DNA of 20,488 bases from Ginkgo biloba (taxonomy: Eukaryota > Plantae > Ginkgophyta). Made by a program: the position numbers and the translations under genes. The DNA lies in NCBI GenBank assembly GCA_024626585.2, contig JANKJI020000001.1:3250974-3271461 (forward strand), read 5' to 3'. Below the pieces are notes generated by a model, which was given only the letters and a program-made list of their open reading frames with translations, did no database searches and was not told where the DNA came from. This document shows, piece by piece, positions 11,739 through 20,488 of the stretch (the stretch's first letter is position 1; every line of letters starts with the position of its first letter).

Positions 11739-12830
11739 CCTTGTTTCACGTGTCCAAAGGCAGCCAACAGTCTGTGGCTATTCTTGACAACTTGTTTTCA
11801 CTGGCACGAGACACCTTATTCAAAGGGCATAATAAGTAAAATATGTAATCTAGTAGCCCAAAAGGGCTACACAAACTCATGTTCCTCTTTTTTAGCCCTG
11901 TGGCCCACTATTGACCTCACCAAGACCTCTAATGACCTTATTTGCATTTTGCAATTGACTAAATCCTTTTACAAGGCTTCTCAAGTCGTAATTGGGCTAG
12001 TTTTGTCCTTCATCTATCCTCTAACATCTCTCCCTGCCTTTGAGATATTGTTGTCTTTAGTGAAACCAACTCTTCATAATAAAGCCATAGATTCTTATAT
12101 AGCCTTTTATGCAATTGCTATCCAATTATCAGTTGGATCCAATGCAACCTATATCGTTTTTTAAACTTCTCATATTGTGGCAGCTTGCTATTGGCCTCAA
12201 GAATGCTTTTAAGGAACTCATATTGAACACTGCATAAGCCTTTACATGACTTGGTGAATCCATTCAACAATCATGCTTTGAAGTTTCTCAAACATTGTCT
12301 TCATATCATGATTGGATCTTGATTTTATTCCATTCGAATATGTAGCCATCTTTTGTTGGACATTTGTTGTCCATTCTCTGATGGTGGATTTCTAAAGCAA
12401 CTACTTGAACTTGGAGGTTTACTCGGTCTACTGCATTCAAGGAAATTGGAAACCCATTCTCATCAACACACATTTTAGCCTATATCAATACCTCTTGCTT
12501 GTACTATAGCTCTTAATGTCAAGTATGGATTTTCATGTTACGGATCCATATAAACATTGAGATTGTGGGACAATTTCATGCACAAGATCAATCAGACTAG
12601 CAAATGAGACAGTTGAGTTGACAACAGCAGGATATTCTCATTAATATATGGGAAAGATTCATAGGGGTATCATCCCAAGACTAAACCAATGCATGCACAA
12701 TGCTGATGATAATTGGAAATAATAGGGGCCCTTTATAGGTGAAGGTAAACTTCATACATGGCAATGGGCAGTTGTTGGTGATGATTGGCATATTGAATCA
12801 TCGATGATTACCCCCAATAAAATGATTTCC
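11739..12830 (-). mobile_element. Degenerate coiled-coil-like ORF remnant, probably retrotransposon accessory region
   Basis: Minus-strand frame reads e.g. VQQKMATYSNGIKSRSNHDMKTMFEKLQSMIVEWIHQVM...KDLVNCKMQIRSLEVLVRS with many TAA/TAG stops. The + ORF 11688-12164 is its antisense shadow. Confidence 0.35.
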
Positions 12831-12837
12831 AAGTAAT

Positions 12838-13978
12838 TGTTGGTTAAAATTGGGAACCTAGTGGAACCCACTTAAGGCAACAGGTGGCTATATGCCATTC
12901 ATTAATAAACATGCATTAATTACACATACACAAAGAAATCATGATAGAACACAGAAGAGTTTCTAAAGGTACAAGGAGTCTTCATTAAATTGTCATAATA
13001 GTACATAGAATATTCTAAGGAATCTAGCATTAAATGCTATTACTCGGTTCTCACACAACCTCCAAGGAGAAAAGGGAGCCCTATTTATATTTTTCTCTCT
13101 TCATAAATGATATAACATGTATTTTCCCTAAAATGGGTCACAACCCTTACAGTCTCTCTCCTCATTAAATGCTCCTAAGTTTACGCATTAATTGTGGCTT
13201 CATTAAGAAGCATTAATGGTGTTGTCCTTTAGTATGAATTTGTGAGCAACAAATGCGGCTGAGTTAACCCTAAGTTGACTTTGACTGTGTTGATCGCATC
13301 ATAATTACTCTTTAAATTCGACTGACGTCACCCCTTGTACCTTAGGTCAACTCTGTTGCATTGACTAAGTTTGACCTCATCTTGAATGTGTCCTAAAGTC
13401 CATTGATGTCATCATTGATGATCTGTATTCCTATTTAAGTCAATTGACAATGTTCACCAGTGTTGACTNNNNNNNNNNNNNNNNNNNNNNNNNNNNNNNN
13501 NNNNNNNNNNNNNNNNNNNNNNNNNNNNNNNNNNNNNNNNNNNNNNNNNNNACCAAGTTTGACCATGGCTAGACTGCCTTTGACCAACAAATTTTGCAAC
13601 ATTAAATGGTGTCCTTCTGCAACTTTGACCGACTTTGACCAATGAATTATGCCTTTGACCAACGAATTTCACTACTACAAATGTCATCCATTGAGTTGCA
13701 ACATCATCATTAGACCTTTGACCAACGCAATGGGGCAAATTTGACTCAGTCAACATTGTTTGACTAGTTGTGTCCGTGTATTTTTTGACTGGATGACCTC
13801 ATCTTTTGATCAAATGTTGTCATCCTTTGACTGGTAATTATATCTCCCTTCTCACGGTGCTTATGTCATTATCCTTGATGAAGATGCGTCGTTTTCTAGT
13901 ACTCCTAGCCTGAAATCTTCATCTTGAGATGAATCCCAGTTGCCCTTAGAAGAATATCTGGCCCTTTCCCCTGCATTT
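12838..13978 (-). mobile_element. LTR copy 1 (retrotransposon long terminal repeat)
   Basis: Collinear direct repeat of 14610-15830 from TGTTGGTTAAAATT through ccctttcccctgcattt. TATA (TATAAATA on minus) at 13082-13089. The right end falls in the 13979-14078 gap. Confidence 0.8.
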
Positions 13979-14609
13979 NNNNNNNNNNNNNNNNNNNNNN
14001 NNNNNNNNNNNNNNNNNNNNNNNNNNNNNNNNNNNNNNNNNNNNNNNNNNNNNNNNNNNNNNNNNNNNNNNNNNNNNNTAGGGTTCCTCATTCACCCTTG
14101 TGTTTCTTCAACCAAGGGCATTTTGTCCCACATGTACTTGTCCTTTTTATGCATTAACGTATACATGCACCATTGTCCCTACTCTTAGTTCTAAATGAGA
14201 TTAGTGACCCACCCTTATTAAGCTTTTGTCGTGTTGTCCTTTAGAGCTCTATCACTAATACACCCACATGCTCTTTACTAGCTAGCAACAATTATCATTT
14301 TCTTTGTCTTTAGGTGTTACTTGTTTCATTGCATCTTGCAGGCATCCTTTGCACTCTTATGACTAGTTATTTGGTCTTCCTGCATCCTGCATATGTCCTT
14401 TGTAATCCTTTTGGCACTTTAATAGTTTTGTCTCTCCTTTGCCTTGACACAAACTAGGTCTTTATTGTGCCTTTATAGTTTGTTACCTAACAACCAAGTC
14501 TTTACACCAAGCAACTTGCTTCCTACTTCATAGCAAATGGCATTAGGAAGAGGCAAATTCTTGCAAAAGAACCAAAACCAATCTTCATCAACACCATCCA
14601 TCATGGGTC

Positions 14610-15879
14610 TGTTGGTTAAAATTAGGAATCGAGTGGGACCCACTTAAGACAATAGGTGGCTATATGCCGTTCATTAGTAAGCATGCATTAATTACACAGA
14701 AAGAAACCATGATAGAATATAAAAGAATGTTTGAGCATACAAAAAATGTTCATTTAAAAGTCGTCATAATACATTGAATATTCTTAAGAATCTAGCATTA
14801 AATGCTAATACTTGACTCTCACATTTAGATGTCATTAATACTTGGCTTTGACGTTAAGACATATTAATAATACTCGTCTCTCACACAGTTTCCAAGAAAA
14901 AAAGTGAGCCCTATTTATATTTTTCTCTTTTCATAAATGATATGATGTGCCTTTTTCCTAAAGTGGGTCACAATACTTATATTCTTTCTCTTCATTCAAT
15001 GTGCAANNNNNNNNNNCTCATTAAATGCACCCTAATTTAGGTATTAATTGTGGCTTCATTAAGGAACATTAATGGCGTCGTCATTTATTTGTCCTTTAGT
15101 ATGACTTTTTAAGCAATACATTTGGTTGAGTTAACCCTAAGTCGATTTTGATTGCGTTGACCAACATTAATCTCATCATAAATACTCTTTAAAGTTAGTT
15201 GATATCACCCTTTGTACCTCAAGTTGGCTCTGTCGCATTAACCAAGTTTGATTGCATCTTAAATGTGTCGTAAAGTTCGTTGATGTCATTATTAATGATC
15301 CATACTCCTATTTAAGTTTGTTGACAGCATTAACTAGTGTTGACTACATCACAAATGCTTCCTAAGGTCGATTGAGATCATTATTAATTACGACTATACT
15401 TCCTTAGCATTAAATACGGCTATTTGCAGACCTTTGACTAGGTTTGACCACATCTTGACTACCTTTGACCATCGAATTCTATAGTATCAAATGCTGTCCT
15501 TCTGCAATTTTGACCAACGAATTTCACTACTACAGGTGTCATTAATGTTGCTGCCATGTCATCATTAAGGTTGCCACATCATCATTAGATCTTTGAGCAA
15601 TGAAATAAGTCTACTTTGACTTAGTCAACACTGTTTTATTGGTTGTTTGTATGCATATTTTTTGATTGGATGATGTCATCCTTTGACTATAATTATATCT
15701 TCCTTTTCGCACTTATGTCATTATTTTTTATGATGATGCATCATTTTCTAGTACTCTTGGCCCGAAATCTTCGTCTTGAGGAAAATCCTGGTTGCCCTTA
15801 GAAGAATATCTAACCCTTTCCCCTGCATTTTGCTATCGGGGTTTGCCAGATTAGCCAAGGTCCGAATTTGTTCCATACA
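14610..15879 (-). mobile_element. LTR copy 2, about 1.27 kb, TG...CA termini
   Basis: Starts TGTTGG at 14610 and ends CCATACA at 15879 (imperfect inverted termini). Minus-strand TATAAATA at 14912-14919. Homologous along its length to 12838-13978. Flanks gggtc/ataac are not a TSD. Confidence 0.8.
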
Positions 15880-15883
15880 ATAA

Positions 15884-15901
15884 CCCCATGAATAGTCGCC
15901 A
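15884..15901 (-). other. Possible primer-binding site (TGGCGACT...TGGGG type)
   Basis: Minus strand reads ...CA tc TGGCGACTATTCATGGGG, i.e. CA + 2 nt + TGG. Resembles TGGCGACT..CTGGGGA PBSs of Tat/Ogre-like gypsy elements, but the match is imperfect. Confidence 0.35.
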
Positions 15902-15995
15902 GATGGTCAAGCATNNNNNNNNNNNNNNNNNNNNNNNNNNNNNNNNNNNNNNNNNNNNNNNNNNNNNNNNNNNNNNNNNNNNNNNNNNNNNNNNN

Positions 15996-16283
15996 NTGTC
16001 GAGGCTAATTGTGCACAAAATAGCCACCAACATCTACCCCCTCCCCTAAACTTGAACTTCCTGCTCAAGTAATCAATTCCGTACAAAGTGAAAGGAGGAA
16101 TAGTAGGAGACGCTGGCAATGGCAAAGCTACAATTTCTGGTGTTGATGAAGAATTTAGTGTTGTGGTCTCCATTGGTGAGGGTTGAGAAGGCCTTACTCG
16201 CAGTGGCTCCCACCTTGCATGGAGGTTGGCCAATTCCTTCCCCAACTTGGTGGACTTCTTGGCCATAATATTGGCCCGCCTTA
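15996..16283 (-). mobile_element. 3' end of an LTR-retrotransposon internal region: ORF tail, polypurine tract and start of 3' LTR
   Basis: Minus strand ...SRKFKFRGGG runs into PPT AGGGGAGGGGGTAGA (16047-16033), immediately followed by TGTTGG (16032). Bounded by gaps on both sides. Confidence 0.6.
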
Positions 16284-17111
16284 NNNNNNNNNNNNNNNNN
16301 NNNNNNNNNNNNNNNNNNNNNNNNNNNNNNNNNNNNNNNNNNNNNNNNNNNNNNNNNNNNNNNNNNNNNNNNNNNNNNNNNNNTATTAGTTGGAACGAAA
16401 TATTTTGGTAGATGCCATCTTTGTATAGAGCTATATTTTTGAATAATACAAACATGCAAAATTTTCCTCTAATAAGGAAGGTTATTGAAGGCATCCTGGC
16501 AGATTGTGACGAGCGCTGGACAAAAGGATCCCCATCCAACACTAGGACTGCCACCTCATAGATAAACTTTTTCTTTATTCTTTTTGTTGTAGATTTATTT
16601 TCCTTTCTTTCTATTTAGCAATTTATCTTTGTTTCGATTAGTTCTATTGTGGTAGTAGAAATTCTCTCTTTTTATTCACCGTTTAATTTAAAAATCGAGT
16701 TTGACAAATAAATAATGAGCAAGTGACCGGAAGAATTGTAGTAGTTTTTTTAAACTTTCTTCTCAAAAAAGGCAGGGATTAGATAATCGTTTTTAGGCTG
16801 TATAGAGATCATAAATTGTGGATAGTGTTTTATTTGCCACACATAGATTGGGAGTTGATAGGAAGCGATGATGTTTGGAATAGAGAACTAGGCATGGGGA
16901 ACTATATAGTTCGGTGAGCATGCCTTGAATGAAACATCAACCCTAGGATAAAAAAGGTCAATTTGTCTCTATGAAGAGACCAAAGCTAATAAGGGGAGCC
17001 AAGTACATTAGACACGTAGATCTAGCAATGGTGGTCGAAGAAGTCATAAACGTGGAACTAGATACAATCATTTTATGAATGGCCATTATGACAGAATCCT
17101 AGAATAGTGCC

Positions 17112-17519
17112 ATGAACAACATTCCTCTAGCTACTATGCCCCAATTTCGGGGAAGAAGCCAAGAAGATCCATATGCATTTCTATTCAAATTTAACATCCT
17201 CTATTGTAGTTATGACTCTCTGATAGATACTCAGAAGTTGAAGTTGTATTTGTTCATGTTGAAAGGAGCAACACTGTGATGGTTTACGAGCCTGGAAGGA
17301 GGATCGATTATTTCATGGGAGCAAATGTGTAGAACCTTCTTAAAGAAGCATCAGGGTTCTTGTTAGGATGCAGACTTCAGGGAGGAGGTTTTCTAATTAA
17401 AATAGGACAAGGATGAGTCTTTGAAAGACTATATTGAATGACTAGATTTCTTGAAAAGACGGTGTCAAAGACATGGTCACGAAGAATCCACCTTGAAAAC
17501 AATCTTCCTAATTGGATTA
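17112..17519 (+). mobile_element. Ty3/gypsy gag remnant (retrotransposon gag domain)
   Basis: MNNIPLATMPQFRGRSQEDPYAFLFKFNILYCSYDSLIDTQKLKLYLFMLKGATL*WFTSLEGGSIISWEQMCRTFLKKH...DESLKDYIE*L: classic P.F.G..EDP...LK..A..WF..L..GSI.SW and Q...ESL.DY motifs. Five in-frame stops, no frameshift. Confidence 0.88.
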
Positions 17520-17674
17520 AATCCAAACCTGAGGATGTGGGGGACTTAATTTCGACTTGGGAATTCTNNNNNNNNNNNNNNNNNNNNNNNNNNNNNNNNN
17601 NNNNNNNNNNNNNNNNNNNNNNNNNNNNNNNNNNNNNNNNNNNNNNNNNNNNNNNNNNNNNNNNNNNAAAAATT

Positions 17675-18582
17675 TTAAGTTTGTTTTGTAGAAAGGTTTT
17701 CGAATGAAGCTGTGAGAAATATTTTTTGAAGATTTGTCTTGTGTTGTTGAAGAAATCCATGGTTATAGAATTCTGTTATACACTGAGTTTTTTTGGTTGA
17801 AAATCTTTGGAAGTCTTTATATTTGTTCATCCTCTGTTTTAATGAGATAGTCTGTTCAGTCTGAGTAAGTGATAGTGTTCTCAATAGTTGTGATACTGTG
17901 GATATGGAAAAGTCATTCTCTCGCTCTGTAGCAAATGAAACAAAGTTGGTTTCGCAAAGTGCCAGCTTTTCAAGGATAAGGAACTCAAACTGCTGCGTTG
18001 AGAACTGCTTTGTTCAACAGTGCGTTGAGCTACGGAGCTTGCTTTGAGATCAAATGCACAGATGACCTAGAGTGGTGTCATCCTGGCAGCCCATCCATCT
18101 TCGTTACTGTGACTATTTTTTGCCCACCAAATTATGCTCTTCCCAATGACAATGGAGGATGGTGTAATCCAGCCCGTCCTCATTTCGACTTATCAATGCC
18201 TATTTTCCTCAAGATGGTTGAGTATTGCGTTGGCATAATACTTGTTATGCACCAAATAATCCCATGCATGAAGAAAGGAGGCGTCATATTCACAATAAAT
18301 GGATTCAGGTACTTCAAATGGAACGGCAATAGGTGCAGGAACTGGAGAAGCAAAAGTGATGGGAAGAGATGGATCGTTCTTAAGGTCATGTATATCAGGT
18401 GGATGACATGTTGCGATGGATTCCGTGGCCTCCTCGTTTTGTGAGATCATTTTAAGAAGAAACGCCCAAGAGTGCACTCTGTAATCACCAATAGAGTCAC
18501 TATAGGCCACTGCGGCTGCGGAGCAACGCAATAGACGACGTGCAGGCAAAATGCAGCGGCGGAAGTGCAGCACAGGCGACAA
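17675..18582 (-). other. Uncharacterised ORF (probably mobile-element derived) split by the expansin insertion
   Basis: ORF 18582-18313 (...PVPAPIAVPFE) and the stop-free frame 17968-17675 (KLALCETNFVSF...STKQT*) join in frame when the 344 bp between the two TTCAA copies are removed. Gives 143 aa from the ATG at 18450. Confidence 0.5.
17971..18317 (+). pseudogene. EXPA: Alpha-expansin (EXPA4/6/16-like clade) processed pseudogene fragment
   Basis: QG*GTQTAALRTALFNSALSYGACFEIKC...WCHPGSPSIFVT..FCPPNYALPNDNGGWCNPARPHFDLSMPIFLK...PC.KKGGV.FTINGFRYF. Contains the HFD motif. Has a TAA in place of Y in QGYG, lacks the signal peptide and most of domain 2, has lost a conserved Cys, and has no intron before (V/I)PC. 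Confidence 0.92.
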
Positions 18583-18599
18583 ACAAAAAAAGTTATATG

Positions 18600-19326
18600 T
18601 TTTATAAAGTCAAAATTTTTTATCTTTGATTCTATTTTGTTTAGAATCTGAACTTGGTCCTTTCTCTTTTATTCCTATACTCTCAATTATTCTTCCAACA
18701 TAGATACCTCATTTTTTATCCCTTGAATTTCTACATCTTTACCTCCTAGTCTTTTCTCAAAAAAATTCTAGCATTCCTTCAGTCAAATTCTGAGTTGCTC
18801 AATCTCTACCATTCTATCAACAAATTGACCCAAAGGTCCTTCTTCCTTCTCAACTATTCTAGGAACTAAAATAGTAGCAGAAACATCATACAAAATATCA
18901 GGGGTTGAGGCCTTACCTTCCTCCTCAGTCCTTGGGTTCCTGACAATATCCTAAAGAGATGATACTAACCCATATTCCTTCAAAGTATGTTATGTGAGCA
19001 ATAGGGGAATTTTAATTATTTTCTCTTCCAAAGTCATTAAGAATTTAGCTCTACATTTCTCAATATTCATCTCTTAAGCCTCTAGCTACTCCCTTAGTTC
19101 CTTACATAGGAGTTTGGATTTTCTATGCTTCTCCTTCAACCTACTCTTATGAGTTTTTATAAGGATTTATTGAGAGGTTGCACAAACTTCCTCCTCTTTT
19201 GTTGGCCCTTTGCCAACACTTTCACTTTTTATTTCTTCCCCTTCCTTTTTTCCATTCCTAATCCCTCAGATACATCCAACAAAGTTTCTACCCTGGCCCT
19301 CAAGGATTTCTCAGTAGACTCCTTTT
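18600..19326 (-). mobile_element. Degenerate K/E-rich coiled-coil ORF remnant, probably retrotransposon accessory region
   Basis: Minus-strand frames read KESTEKSLRARVETLL... and HKSRLKEKHRKSKLLCKELRE*LEA*EMNIEKC...RMVEIEQLRI*LKEC with scattered stops and frameshifts. Confidence 0.35.
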
Positions 19327-19699
19327 NNNNNNNNNNNNNNNNNNNNNNNNNNNNNNNNNNNNNNNNNNNNNNNNNNNNNNNNNNNNNNNNNNNNNNNNNN
19401 NNNNNNNNNNNNNNNNNNNNNNNNNNCATTAAGTAAACATAAAGTACATAAAGTGAACATTAATATTCTAACATGAACAAGATACACACAAATCGTGAGA
19501 ATCGAACTAGGGATCTTGTGGTAAGCAGCCAATGAACCCTAGGAGCATAATGATATTATATGATATAGTTTGACCACCGAGTTATGAAGGGGGTATGATT
19601 TATTATATTGCTAAGAATGTTTGTGATTTGGAGCTTGCTATGTGTAAAACGGAAGCGAAATCAAAACAATCAAGCAAACATTGATAAGCTACAGTCATA

Positions 19700-20488
19700 A
19701 AATGGAAAATGACTATTTGTAAGAAAATTTCAATTCCTTGCAGATCTTTTACAAAGAGTTTATGTGAAAACCTAGGCCATATAACTGTAGATCTTATAAC
19801 CCATTAGGCATATGCTTATCAGAGTGCTATTAGAATACTGCCTCCACTTGAAGTCTAGCTTACAGTTCTTGAAGCTTAGAAGAAGGAGAAGATTGAAGTT
19901 CTAGCTATTAGTGTCAGCTTTTAGATGAACTGCATTCTTCTGTGTACAAGGAGCGAACCTGAATAGCCTCTAATCGACTTTTATAATGCAGGCTTCCTCA
20001 ATTGCCAATCCAACTATTGCAATGCATGAAGTCTTCAAGAGGTAGTTAGGGAACTGTTTGATTCCCATTCTTTGTCTGTTTGCTTGCCGATGTGGCAGGA
20101 GGCCACATGCCACTTTGTTGATATGGTCTCAAGGTTTAAGTTGAAGTAGTTTTCCATTGTCGGACTTAAGTCTGTTGGCCTGTGTCAAAGTTAATTTTTT
20201 ACTCCAACACTAGGTGTTCTTTCTCAACTTGTGTCAATCTTCAGCTGAATTATCCATCCTTGTAGAGTAAGCTTTTATTGATTTGTTCTCTGATTTTGAT
20301 TTTATGTGCAAAAGAATATTCTAGATTTTGTCAGTTGCACATGTGGAATCTTCGAATCACGATCTCTGCAATTTGAGAACCCGGGATTCTATGAATGAAC
20401 TTGGGATGTGCGTTGCTCTCCAAGTACCCCTTAGATTTGCACTCATTCAATCACAATCAATCAGATTCAATTGCACAAAGGAATAAAA
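19700..20488 (-). mobile_element. Possible LTR-like sequence
   Basis: Non-coding and of mixed composition, with a minus-strand TATAAAAG near 19978-19985. No partner copy or termini are visible in the window. Confidence 0.25.

Larger units (their letters stand above)
1258..19426. other. Sixteen assembly N-runs scattered through the window
   Basis: Ten are exactly 100 N (unknown size): 1258, 2858, 4069, 5279, 6720, 11358, 13979, 16284, 17568 and 19327. Six are sized (31, 74, 18, 83, 10, 81 N). Distances and adjacency across them are unreliable. Confidence 0.95.

Noticed and set aside
11688-12164. 158-aa + strand ORF
   Set aside because: It spans an N-run, has no motif, and is best explained as the antisense shadow of a decayed minus-strand ORF.
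17998-18444. 148-aa ORF as an intact expansin gene
   Set aside because: It starts at TTG just downstream of an in-frame TAA and has no signal peptide. Homology stops at 18317, and the rest is read-through into unrelated sequence.
19990-20045. atgcag...AG|gtagtt candidate exon (ASSIANPTIAMHEVFK)
   Set aside because: No resemblance to the expected downstream nucleotidase sequence; it lies in LTR-like DNA.

Overview
Eukaryotic plant genomic DNA: AT-rich, CpG-depleted and TE-dense with very long introns, most consistent with a gymnosperm (inference). It comes from a fragmented assembly with 16 N-runs. The window is the internal part of a + strand spliced gene for a HAD-superfamily subfamily IG (cN-II/NT5DC-like) 5'-nucleotidase. 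Four coding exons are visible (2000-2093, split by an N-run; 7402-7494; 7994-8077; 8247-8363). At least one exon between them is missing and probably lies in a gap; no further exon is seen after 8363. The long introns are filled with decayed mobile DNA: two Ty3/gypsy gag remnants, a LINE RNase H remnant, three related minus-strand LTRs, a Helitron 3' end, a long degenerate inverted repeat and degenerate coiled-coil ORFs. The most unusual item is an intron-less, doubly truncated alpha-expansin fragment (17971-18317) bracketed by a TTCAA direct repeat. Removing it rejoins an uncharacterised minus-strand ORF in frame, which suggests capture of a host cDNA into an unknown element. I see no prokaryotic-type system (no CRISPR, operons or rRNA/tRNA). 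Family assignments come from recalled motifs, not database searches.
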